In this document: positions 18,021-28,073 of the stretch, piece after piece | Layout: each line of letters opens with the position of its first letter | How positions within the stretch are numbered: the first letter of the stretch is position 1 | Source of the DNA: an uncultured Acidobacteriota bacterium | Lineage (GTDB): Bacteria > Acidobacteriota > Thermoanaerobaculia > Multivoradales > UBA5704 | NCBI GenBank assembly: GCA_963799925.1 | Contig: CAWCYZ010000002.1 | Location: forward strand, 1,726,123-1,790,122 | Reading direction: 5' to 3' | Length of the DNA: 64,000 nucleotides | Notes under the pieces: model-generated | Told to the model about the DNA's origin: nothing | Seen by the model: the letters and a program-made list of their open reading frames with translations, nothing else | Database searches by the model: none | Position numbers and translations under genes: made by a program

Positions 18021-21000
18021 TCAGAGGCCTTCGGCCGCTGGCGGGAGGCCGGGGGCTGCCGCGGGCAGGGCCGCCTCGGGCTCCGTCGCCTTCTGGCGCG
18101 AGACGAGCCGCGAGAGGTCGTCGAAGAGGCTGTAGGCGACCGGGGTGCCGACCAGGGTGAGGAGGAGCGCCAAGGTCTGGCCGCCGATGATGACCGAGCC
18201 GATGGCGCGGTTGGTGGCCGGCGCCCGTGCCGCTCGAGACGACGAGCGGGATCATGCCGGCGACGAAGGCCATGGTGGTCATGAGGATCGGCCGCAGCCG
18301 GTCGCGGTTGGCCTCGCGGATCGCCGCGGCGCGGGTGAGCCCGGCGGCCCGCAGGTGGATGGTGTGGTCGATCTGCAGGATGCTGTTCTTCTTGACGATG
18401 CCGAAGAGCACCAGGATGCCGAGCGCCGAGAAGATGTTGAGCGACTGGTTGAGGACGACCAGCGAGAGGAGCGCGAAGGGCACCGTCAGCGGCAGCGCCA
18501 GGAGGATGGTCACCGGGTGGAGCCAGCTCTCGAACTGCGCCGCGAGGATCAGGTACATGAAGACGATCGAGAGCAGGAAGGCGATGCCGAAGTTGCGCGC
18601 CGCCTTGCCCTGCTCGCGCGAGCGGCCGGTGAAGCCCGAGGCGTAGCAGGGCGGCATGTTCAGGTCCTTCGCCGCCGCGGTGAGCTGGTCGATGACCGTC
18701 TGCGACGGAGAAGCCGGGCAGCATGTTGGCGTAGAGGGGCACCTGCCGCCGCCGCGCGATGCGGTTGATGAGCGACGGGCCGGCGCCGGTCTTGAGCTCC
18801 ACCAGGTCGCGCAGCGGCACCGTGCCGCGGATCGCCGACGGCACCTCCGCCTGGGTGATCCCCTGCGGGTCGCGCCGGTAGCGCTCGTCGGCGCGGACGT
18901 GGACCTCGTACTGCTCGCCGCCCTCGTTGTAGTTGGTCACCTGCTGGCCGCCGACCAGGACGTTCAGCGTCGAGGCGACGTCCTGCACGTGGACCCCGAG
19001 GTCGGCGGCCTTGGCGCGGTCGATGCGGACGCCGAGCTCGGGCTTGCCGACGATCAGGTTCGAGTCGGCGTCGATGACGCCCGGCATCGCCTTGCAGCTT
19101 GGCCACAGCGCCTGTCGAGTACCTGGCGAGCTGGTCCAGGTCCGGGCCGCCGATCCAGAACTGGATCTCGGCGTTGTTGCCGCCGCCGAAGACGTTGACC
19201 GGCTGCACGCCGGTGCGGAGCTCTAGCCGCGCGTAGGCCGGCAGCACCCGGTCGCGCACCTTCTGCATGACGTCCTCCTGGGTGGTCTTGCGCTTCGTCG
19301 TCGGCACCAGCTTGACGTAGACCGAGCCTAGGTTCTTGGTGCGCTGCGGGTCGTCGCCGACGGTGACGACCGTCGTCGACCGTCTCCGGGCAGCTGCTGC
19401 ACCCGCCGGGCGATCGACTGCGCGACCGCCTGCGTCGCCTCGAGGCTGGCGCCCTCCGGGCGCGCGCACGGTGACCTCGAACTGCGACTCGTCGTCGTTG
19501 GGCAGGAAGTTCTTGTGCACCAGCGATGAAGAGGGGCACGGTCGAGACGAAGACCAGCGCCAGCACCACGACCACGACCCAGCGGTGGGCCATCGCGGCG
19601 TCGAGGAGCCGCAGGTAGCCGCGCTCGAGCCGCGGGTAGATCGCCCTTCTCGCGGGTCGATCGCCTCGCTCGCCGGCGCTCGGCTCGTGCCGCAGCCAGC
19701 GCGAGCTCATCATCGGCGTCAGGGTGAAGGAGACGAGCAGCGAGACGGCGATGGCGAAGGCCATGGTGATGCCGAACGAGTACATGAAGCGGCCGACGAT
19801 GCCGCCCATGAAGGCGACCGGCAGGAAGACGGCGATGAGCGAGAGCGTGGTGGCGAGGACGGCGAGGCCGATCTCGCCGGTGCCCTCGATCGCCGCCTCG
19901 CGCGGGGCTCATGCCTCTTCTCCTCGATGAAGCGGAAGATGTTCTCCAGCACGACGATGGCGTCGTCGATGACGATGCCGACGACGAGGGCGAGGGCGAG
20001 GAGCGTGATGACGTTCAGCGTGAAGCCCATGCAGCGACATCGCCGCGAAGGTCGCGATGATGCGAGGTGGGGATGGCGACGGCGGCGATGAGCGTCAGCC
20101 GGAAGTTGCGCAGGAAGAGGAGGACGATGAGCGCGGCGAGGAGCGCGCCGAGGACCAGGTGCTCCTTGACCGCGTCGACGGCGGCGACGATGTACTCCGA
20201 CTGGTCGCGCACGAGGTCCATCTGCGCAGCCGGGCGGGCAGCTGGGCGCTGGAGCTCGTCGACGCGCTCCTTCAGGCGCGTTGACGACCGCGACGGTGTT
20301 GGTGCCCGACTGCTTGCGGACCTGGAGGACGACGGCGGGCTTGCCGTCGACGCTGGCGATCGACGCCGCGCTCGGCGGTGCCGTCGTCGATCGCGCGCCA
20401 CGTCGCGAGACCTTGACCGGCGTAGCCGTTCTGGCTGACGATCGAGATGTCGCCGAACTGCGCGGGCGTGCTCGACGCGGCCGTAGGTGCGCAGGGTGAG
20501 GTCGCGGATCCCCTGCTCGACCTCGCCGCCCGGGACCTGCACGTTCTGCGGTCTGCAGGGCGCGCACGAGGTCGGCGACGGTGAGGCCGACCGCCGAGAG
20601 CCGCGCGGTGTCGGCGACGACGTTGATCTGCCGCGGCCGGCCGCCGACGATGAGCGCCTGGCCGACGCCGTTGATCGACTCGATCTGGCGCTTGAGCGTC
20701 TTGTCGGCGAACTCGGTGATCTCGCGGATCGGCGCCGGGCCGGAGAGCGCGATGAAGAGGATCGGCGTCGCGTCGGGGTCGATCTTCTCGATCACCGGCG
20801 GGTCGGCCTCCTTGGGGAGCTGGGCGAGGACCGAGTTGACCTTGTCGCGCACCTCCTGCGCCGCGACGTCGCCGTTCTTCTCGAGCTCGAAGGTGACGAT
20901 GACCTGCGACGTCCCCTCGGACGAGGTCGAGCGGAGCTGGTCGATGCCGCTGATGGTGTTGACCGACTCCTCGAGCTTGTCGGTGATCTCGGTCTCGATG

Positions 21001-21177
21001 TCCTCCGGCGAGGCGCCGACGCAGGCGGGTGGTGACGGTGACGGTGGGGAAGTCGACCTTGGGGAAGCGGTCGACGCCGAGGGTGAAGTAGGCGAAGACG
21101 CCGACCACCACGAGGGCGAGGATGATCACCGTCGCGAAGACCGGACGGCGGATGCAGAGCTCGGCCAGACCTTTCAT
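18021..21177 (-). pseudogene. HAE1/AcrB-type RND efflux permease, interrupted by about 19 single-base (+1) frameshifts
   Basis: ATG 21177 (ATGA overlap with the MFP stop) opens MKGLAELCIRRPVFATVIILALVVVGVFAYF. Conserved blocks follow in rotating frames: [194 protein letters not shown] stop at 18021-18023. Confidence 0.85.
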
Positions 21178-22231
21178 CGGCTGCCTCCTTCGACGGCGGC
21201 TCCCGGCGCCGGAGCGTGGGCCGCCCCGTTCGCCAGGTCGATCTCGACGCGGGCGAAGAGGCCCGGGGTGAGGCGGCCGTCGCGGTTCTCGAACTCGGTC
21301 TCGACGTTGAAGGCGCGGGTCGCCGGGTCGACCACGCCGCCCACCAGGCTGACGCGGCCGCGGAAGGTCTCGCCCGGATAGGGGTCGACCGCGGCGCGCA
21401 CCGGCTGGCCGCGACGGACGCTCGCGAGATAGCGCTCGGGCAGCCGGAAGCGGAGCTTGAGCGGCGAGGTCTGGGCGACGACGAAGGCGACCGAGTTGTC
21501 GCCCAGCCGCTGCCCGACGTCGGTGCGCCGCTCGGCCACCACGCCGTCGATCGGCGAGCGCAGCACGGCGTCGGCGAGGCGCTGGCGGGCGAGGTCGCGC
21601 GCCGCGACCGCCGAGCCGACCGCCGCCTCGGCCTGCTGGTAGGCGGAGTCGGAGCGGTCGTAGGCGGCCTGCGAGACGGAGCTCTTGGCGATCAGCTCCT
21701 TCTTGCGGCCGAGGTCGCGCCGGGCGTCCTGGGCCGCCGCCTGGGCGCGGGCGAGGTCGGCCTCGGCGCGCTGCGAGGTCGAGCGCCAGGTACTGGGTCT
21801 CGAGCTCGAGGAGCGGCTGGCCCCGGCGGACCCGCGCCCCCTCGTCGACCAGCACGCGGCCGACCCGGCCGGGCAGGCGCACCGCGAGCTCCGAGCGCAC
21901 CGGCGAGACGAACTCGCCGGTGGCGGCGACCACGCCCTCGCCGGCGCCGGGAGCTGCCGGCGCGGCTCGGAGATGCGCCGAGCGCCGGCGTGCGCGCGGG
22001 CGACGACGGCGCCGGAGCGGTCGCGATGCCCGCCACCGCGGAGACGTCGGCGGGGAGCGGCGGCGCCGGGGCCTGCGGGCGCCGCCGGATGGCCCGCGTT
22101 CGCGGCGTTCGCGGGTTTCTCGGCCGTGGCTTGGCCGGGCCGCGAGCCGTGGCCACCGCAGGCCTCGATCAGCGCCAGGCCGCCGGCCAGGCAGAGCGCG
22201 AGCGAGAGAGAGAGACGGCATGGCGCTTCAT
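21174..22231 (-). pseudogene. Membrane-fusion (HlyD/AcrA-type) lipoprotein, at least 3 frameshifts
   Basis: ATG 22231 (ATGA overlap with the OMP stop) opens MKRHAVSLSLSLALCLAGGLALIEAC (lipobox). GEGVVAATGEFVSPVRSELAVRLPGRVGRVLVDEGARVRRGQPLLELETQYL is in a second frame. QRAEADLARAQAAAQDARRDLGRKKELIAKSSVSQAAYD...LRSPIDGVVAE...GRVSLVGGVVDPATRAFNVE is in a third (shift near 21775). Confidence 0.8.
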
Positions 22232-23635
22232 CGGGAACCCTCCTCGAGAACGGTCTTCTGCAGCATCCCGGCGGCCGCCCAGACGCGCAGCTCGGCGAGC
22301 TGGCGGTCGAGCTTGCTGGTGGCGACGGCGCGGCGGGCCTCGGCGAGCGAGGTCTCCGCCGCCTCGGCGTCGAGCGTGGTCGACTCCTGGGCGCGGTAGA
22401 GGTCGGCGGCCTGGCTGTACTCCGCCTCGCTCGCCGCCAGCTGATCGCGGGCCAGCCCGAAGCTCGCCTCGGCGCTCGCCAGATCGACGAAGGAGCGGCG
22501 CACCTCCTCGCGCACCGTGCGGCGCACCTCGTCGAGGCGCAGCTCGGCCTGGCGCTGGCGGTCGCGGGCGAGGGCGATACGGGCCGCCGTCTCGCCGCCC
22601 TGATAGATCGGCACGGTGAGCTTGAGCGCCAGCTGGCCGTAGCGGTCGGCGGGGAAGGACGAGCGCTGGGAGAGGAAATCCCCCTCGGCCGAGAGCACCG
22701 GGTAGTAGGCGCCGCGCTGCTTCGCCACCTCGAGCTCGGCCGTGGCGAGCGCGATGCGGGCCTCGGCCACCTCGGGCCGCTGCCGCTCGGCCGCGGCGGC
22801 CAGCGCCGCCTCGTCGCCGAGGCGCGGCAGGAGCGTCGCCGGCTCCTCGACGGCGAGCGGCCGCTCGAGCGCCAGGTCGAGCCGCAGCCGGCTCTCGGCC
22901 TCGTCGCGCATCCGCTGGGCGTCGGCCACCCGGCGCTGGACGGCCTTGATGTCGGCCTCGGCGCGCAGCGTGTCGACCCGCGTCGTCTCCCCGGCCTCGA
23001 AGAGGTTCTGGGCGAGGGTCCGCCGCTCCTGGGTGAGCGCCAGGTTGCGCCGCTCGACCTCCAGGAGCTCCTGGCCTTCGAGCACCCCCAGGTAATCGGA
23101 GACCACCGCCAGCAGGAGCTGCTCGACCGCGCTCTCGGCCTGCTGCTCGGCGGTCTGGATGCCGAGCCGCGCCTGGGAGAGGGCCTGCCGGTCGCGGTTG
23201 CCGGCGAAGATCGGCTGCGTCAGGGTCAGCTTGTAGTTCCAGTCGTTCCTCGGCAGCAGGAGGACGCGGGTGCCGTTGAAGTCGAACGAGCTCTCGACGG
23301 TGTTGCGCAGGAGGTTGCCGGAGGCGGACAGGTGCGGCAGCACGGCCGAGACCGCGATGTCCTTCTGCGCCCGCGCGGCGGCGATCTCGAGCCGCGCGAC
23401 GCCGAGGTCGGGATTGGCCGCGAGCGCCCGCTTGAGGGCGCCGGCGAGCGTCAGCCGGACCGGCTCGCCGGGGAGATCCGCGCCGGCCGCCGCGGCCTGG
23501 GCGGCGGTTGGAGCGACGCGGGCGGTGCGGCCGTGCCGGCCGCCGGGCAGCCGGCCTATCCTGCCCCCGGACGGGGGCGAAACGGGGGGCGAGGACGAGC
23601 AGCAGCCCCCCGAGCCATAGCGAGACGATCTTCAA
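22228..23635 (-). pseudogene. TolC-family outer-membrane efflux protein, at least 1 frameshift after the signal peptide
   Basis: TTG 23635 with GAGGAGG upstream opens (M)KIVSLWLGGLLLVLAP (signal peptide) in one frame. The mature part ...AAQAAAAGADLPGEPVRLTLAGALKRALAANPDLGVARLEIAAARAQKD...MLPHLSASGNLL...to stop 22228 is in another (ORF 22228..23343 plus its upstream extension). Confidence 0.75.
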
Positions 23636-23655
23636 TATCCCCTCCTCGGCCGCCA

Positions 23656-24318
23656 CTAAGGGTGGCGAGCCGTGCTCTGCCCCGGCGCCGGCGCCCTGAG
23701 GCCCGCCGCCAGGAAGGTCACCAGATGGTCGATGGACTCCTCGGGGCGGGCGACCGAGCAGCGACCCCGCGAGTACTGCGCCAGGAGGTGCCCGCAGGAG
23801 ACGGTGTGGGCCATGGCTCCGGCGACGAAGAGGAGCCGCCAGAAGATCTCGTCCTCGGGCAGCGCCGGCAGGCGCCGGGCGAGGGCTTCGACGAAGCGCT
23901 CGATCACCTCCGAGAACTGGCTGGCGACGATCTCGCGCACCTCCTCCCGCGGCTCGGTGTAGGCGCGGGCCATCATCTGGGCGAAGGCGCTCTTGTGAGC
24001 CTCGCAGGCGAGCATGAAGACCGGCCCGACGAACGCCTGGACGACCTCCTCCACCCCGCCCCCCTCCGCCTCGCAGCGGTCGAGGAGCGCCAGGCGCTCG
24101 CGGTTGAGCGGCGCCAGACGGCGGTCGAAGACGGCGCGCACCAGCCCCTCCTTCGAGCCGAAGTGGTAGTGCACGGCGGCGAGGTTGGCGGTCGCCCGCT
24201 CGGTGATGGCGCGCAGCGAGGCCGCCGGGATGCCGCGCTCGGAGAAGAGCTCCTCCGCAGCGTCGAGCAGGCTCTCGCGGGTGCCGATGGCGGCCGGATC
24301 GTCGGTTCGATGGTGCAT
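23656..24318 (-). CDS. TetR/AcrR-family transcriptional regulator (intact)
   Basis: ATG 24318 with GAGGAG upstream. MHHRTDDPAAIGTRESLLDAAEELFSERGIPAASLRAITERATANLAAVHYHFGSKEGL is a TetR HTH. First gene of the efflux operon. Confidence 0.85.
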   Translation of the reverse strand: MHHRTDDPAAIGTRESLLDAAEELFSERGIPAASLRAITERATANLAAVHYHFGSKEGLVRAVFDRRLAPLNRERLALLDRCEAEGGGVEEVVQAFVGPVFMLACEAHKSAFAQMMARAYTEPREEVREIVASQFSEVIERFVEALARRLPALPEDEIFWRLLFVAGAMAHTVSCGHLLAQYSRGRCSVARPEESIDHLVTFLAAGLRAPAPGQSTARHP

Positions 24319-24350
24319 GGGGGCTCCTCGTCGTAGAACGCCGGTTTCAG

Positions 24351-24371
24351 ACGTTTGTTTCAAACAGGCGT
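24351..24371. promoter_or_regulatory. Imperfect 21-bp palindrome in the tetR-mfd divergent intergenic region (candidate TetR operator)
   Basis: ACGTTTGTTTCAAACAGGCGT, 16 of 21 positions symmetric, 33 nt upstream of the tetR ATG. Confidence 0.35.
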
Positions 24372-24475
24372 TTGAATGATCTGATTCCCGACCCGGTCTT
24401 GTCAAGGGCGGCAGATACGGAGGGGTCCTGGCATACGAGAACGGATCGGTGCCGGCGGCGCGTTATGCTGCTGCG

Positions 24476-27400
24476 ATGAACGAGCGCGTCTGGGAGGAGC
24501 TCTCCCGCACGCTGCGCAGCGGTGCGCCCTATCGTGCCCTCCGGGAGGGCCTGGGGGACGTCGTGCGCCTGCCGGTCCCCGCCGCCGCGTGGGTCGGCGA
24601 GCTCCTCGCCCGCGACCTCGGGCGGCCGCTCCTCGTCCTCGTGCCGCGCGAGGCCGACGCCCTGACCTGGATGGAGGCCGCCCAGCTCTTCGGCTCCGGC
24701 GGGCCGCCGGGCGGCGACGGCGCCGTCTACTTCTCCGCCCCCTCGCTCACCCCGTACCAGGACGCCGAGACCTCGCTCCTGGTGCGCGCCCAGGAGTCGG
24801 TGGCGCTCGACCGGGTGATCTCGGGGGCGGCGCGGACGGTGGTGGCGACGCCGCGCGCCCTCTTCCGCCGGCTGCCCGAGGCGGCGGCCTACGCCGCCGC
24901 CGTCCTCGAGCTGGCGCCGGGGGACGACCTCGCGATCGACCTCCTGGCGCACCACCTCGTGCGCCACGGCTTCCGGCGCACCGACCTGGTCTACGAGGTG
25001 GGCGACTTCGCCATCCGCGGCGGCATCGTCGACCTGTTTCCCCCCGGGGAGGCGGCCCCCGTCCGCCTCGACTTCTTCGGCGACACGATCGAATCGATCC
25101 GCTGGTTCGACGCCCAGACCCAGCGCTCGGAGGACACCCTGGACGGCGTCCGCGTGCTGCCGCTCTACCTGTTCCCCGGCGGCCCGGAGGAGGCGCGGCG
25201 CCTGGGCGACCTCCTCGCCGAGCAGGCCGGCGCGGAGGCTCCCCCGGACGTCCTCGACCGCGTCGAGGACCTGCGCCAGCGCGGCGGCTTCCCGGGCTGG
25301 GAGAACTACCTGCCGCTCCTCGCGGCGAAGGACGCGGCGCTCGCCGGCGCCATGCCCGGGGCGCTCGTCGTGGCGGTCGACCCGCCGGCTCTCGCCGCCG
25401 AGGCCGAGCACCACGCGGCGCGGCTGGCGGCGGACTACCAGGCGCGCCTGGAGCACGGCCGGCTCGCCCTCCCCCCCGATCTCCTCGAGCTGCCGCTCGC
25501 CGGCGTCCAGGCGGTGCTGGCGGCGGCCCAGGTGCGCCTCCGCGACCTGGTGCTGGGGCCGGCCGGGGCGGCCGGAGGCATCGACTTCCACGCCGCCGCG
25601 ACCGACCTCTTCCACGGCCAGCTGCCGCGCTTCCCGCAGGAGGTGGCGACGGCGCGCGCCCGCGGCGAGCGCTGCCTCGTCGTCGTCTCGCCCACCCACC
25701 GCGAGCGCATGGAGGAGCTCCTCGCGGCGCGCGAGATCCCCCTCGGGCGCGGCGGCGTCGAGCTCGCGCCGGGCGACATCTCGCGCGGTTTCCGGCTGCC
25801 CTCGGCGGGGGTCGTCCTCTACGGCGAGCAGCAGCTCCTGCCGCAGGCGAAGCTGCAGCGGCGCTCGCCGCGGAGCCGCTTCGGCCCCTTCGTCGCCAGC
25901 CTCCGCGACTTGAAGATCGGCGACTACGTGGTCCACGCCGACCACGGGATCGGCCAGTTCGTCGCCCTGCGCTCGGTGGGCGGCGACGGCGACGGCTCGG
26001 GGAGCCTGCCGGCGACGCTGCGCGAGGCTGCGGGCGCCGCCGCGCCGCCGCCGGCCGAGGCCGGCGTCGAGGTGATGGAGATCTCCTACGCCAGCGGCAA
26101 GCGCCTGCTCCTGCCGCTCTCGCGCCTCGACCAGGTGCAGAAGTACAGCGGCATCGAGGGGGTGGCGCCGCGCCTCGATCAGCTCGGCGGCACCTCCTGG
26201 AACCGCACCAAGTCGCGGGTCAAGAGCAGCATGCGCGACATGGCGGACGAGCTCCTGAAGCTCTACGCCGAGCGCCAGCTGGCGCGCGCCCCGGCCCTCT
26301 CCGGCGACAGCGACCTGCAGCGCCAGTTCGAGGCCGCCTTCCCCTACGAGGAGAGCCCCGACCAGCTCGAGGCGATCGCGGTCATCAAGGAGGACCTGCA
26401 GCGCGAGCGGCCGATGGACCGCCTGCTCTGCGGCGACGTGGGCTACGGCAAGACCGAGGTGGCGATGCGCGCCGCCTTCAAGGCCGTCGACGGCGGCTAC
26501 CAGGTGGCGGTGCTCGCCCCCACGACGATCCTCGCCGACCAGCACCTGGAGACCTTTCGCCGCCGCTTCGCCGGCCTGCCGGTCAAGGTCGAGATGATCT
26601 CGCGCTTCGTCACGCCGGCCGAGACCCGCGTCATCCGCAAGCGCCTGGCGGCGGGCGACGTCGACGTCCTCATCGGCACCCACCGGCTGCTGTCGAAGGA
26701 CATCGAGATCCCGCGGCTGGGCCTGATGATCGTCGACGAGGAGCAGCGCTTCGGCGTCGCCCAGAAGGAGCGCCTGAAGCAGATGAAGAAGGGGGTGCAC
26801 GTCCTCGCCATGTCGGCGACGCCGGTGCCGCGCACCCTCCAGCTCTCGCTCGCCGGCGTGCGCGACCTCTCGGTGATCGAGACGCCGCCCAAGGATCGCA
26901 TGGCGGTCGAGACGGCGATCCTGCCGTTCAACGCCGAGATGATTCGCGAGGCGATCGAGTTCGAGATCGAGCGCGGCGGGCAGATCTACTACGTCTACAA
27001 CCGCGTCGAGTCGATCGAGCGGATGCTGGCGGACCTCAAGGAGATCGTGCCGGGCGTGCGGGTGACCGTCGGCCACGGCCAGCTCGACGAGGCCGAGCTG
27101 TCGCGCCGCATGCACGCCTTCACCCGCCGCGAGTTCGACGTGCTCCTCGCGACCACCATCATCGAGAACGGCATCGACATCCCCAACGTCAACACGATGA
27201 TCGTCCACGGCGCCCAGCGCTTCGGCCTCGCCCAGCTCTACCAGCTCCGCGGCCGCGTCGGGCGGAGCAACCAGCTCGCCTACTGCTATCTCCTGGTGCC
27301 GGGCGACCGCGTGCTCTCGGAGGCGGCGCGGAAGCGCCTGGCGGCGATCCGCGAGTTCACCGACCTGGGAGCCGGCTTCCGCATCGCGGCGCGCGACTTG

Positions 27401-27955
27401 GAGATCCGCGGCGCCGGCAACCTCCTCGGCGCCGAGCAGAGCGGGCACATCGGGGCGGTGGGGATCGAGACCTATCTCAAGCTCCTCGAGGAGACGGTGC
27501 GCGAGCTCAAGGGCGAGGAGGTGGCCGAGGCGCCGTCGGCGGCGATCGACCTGCCGGTGCCGATGTCGATCCCGCAGGACTACGTCGACAACGCCAACCT
27601 GCGCATGGAGCTCTACCGGAAGATCGCCGCCGCCGAGGAGAGCCAGGAGGAGATCGTCGCCGAGCTCACCGACCGCTTCGGGCCGCCGCCGCCGGCGGTC
27701 CGCACCCTGATCGAGGTGGCGGCGCTCAAGCGCCTGGCGGAGTCGCTCCGCATCCAGTCGATCTCGTCGAAGGGGAGCGAGCTGGTCATCCGCCTGCGGC
27801 GCGACGCGCGGGTCGACATCGACCGCCTGATCGAGCTGGTCTCGACGCGGCCCGGCGCGAGCTTCAGCCCGAGCGGCGTCCTCACCCTCACCGCCGGCGG
27901 CGGCGGCGCCCTCCTCGCGGCGGCGCAGGAGACGCTCGCGGCGCTCGCCAGCTGA
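24476..27955 (+). CDS. mfd: Transcription-repair coupling factor
   Basis: ORF 24449..27955, likely ATG 24476 (MNERVWEEL). UvrB-homology N-domain, CarD-like block (GDYVVHADHGIGQF), helicase motifs LCGDVGYGKTEVA, IVDEEQRFG, SATPVPRTL, QLRGRVGRS. Confidence 0.95.
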   Translation: MNERVWEELSRTLRSGAPYRALREGLGDVVRLPVPAAAWVGELLARDLGRPLLVLVPREADALTWMEAAQLFGSGGPPGGDGAVYFSAPSLTPYQDAETSLLVRAQESVALDRVISGAARTVVATPRALFRRLPEAAAYAAAVLELAPGDDLAIDLLAHHLVRHGFRRTDLVYEVGDFAIRGGIVDLFPPGEAAPVRLDFFGDTIESIRWFDAQTQRSEDTLDGVRVLPLYLFPGGPEEARRLGDLLAEQAGAEAPPDVLDRVEDLRQRGGFPGWENYLPLLAAKDAALAGAMPGALVVAVDPPALAAEAEHHAARLAADYQARLEHGRLALPPDLLELPLAGVQAVLAAAQVRLRDLVLGPAGAAGGIDFHAAATDLFHGQLPRFPQEVATARARGERCLVVVSPTHRERMEELLAAREIPLGRGGVELAPGDISRGFRLPSAGVVLYGEQQLLPQAKLQRRSPRSRFGPFVASLRDLKIGDYVVHADHGIGQFVALRSVGGDGDGSGSLPATLREAAGAAAPPPAEAGVEVMEISYASGKRLLLPLSRLDQVQKYSGIEGVAPRLDQLGGTSWNRTKSRVKSSMRDMADELLKLYAERQLARAPALSGDSDLQRQFEAAFPYEESPDQLEAIAVIKEDLQRERPMDRLLCGDVGYGKTEVAMRAAFKAVDGGYQVAVLAPTTILADQHLETFRRRFAGLPVKVEMISRFVTPAETRVIRKRLAAGDVDVLIGTHRLLSKDIEIPRLGLMIVDEEQRFGVAQKERLKQMKKGVHVLAMSATPVPRTLQLSLAGVRDLSVIETPPKDRMAVETAILPFNAEMIREAIEFEIERGGQIYYVYNRVESIERMLADLKEIVPGVRVTVGHGQLDEAELSRRMHAFTRREFDVLLATTIIENGIDIPNVNTMIVHGAQRFGLAQLYQLRGRVGRSNQLAYCYLLVPGDRVLSEAARKRLAAIREFTDLGAGFRIAARDLEIRGAGNLLGAEQSGHIGAVGIETYLKLLEETVRELKGEEVAEAPSAAIDLPVPMSIPQDYVDNANLRMELYRKIAAAEESQEEIVAELTDRFGPPPPAVRTLIEVAALKRLAESLRIQSISSKGSELVIRLRRDARVDIDRLIELVSTRPGASFSPSGVLTLTAGGGGALLAAAQETLAALAS

Positions 27956-28073
27956 TGACGCCCGAGCGCCGGCGGCCCGGCGCCGCGCCTCGCCTTGATG
28001 GCCGGCGAGCGCTGGAAACGTTACAATGCCGAGGTTTGAACGCGGCACCTGCCGTCTGACCACGAGGTAGATC

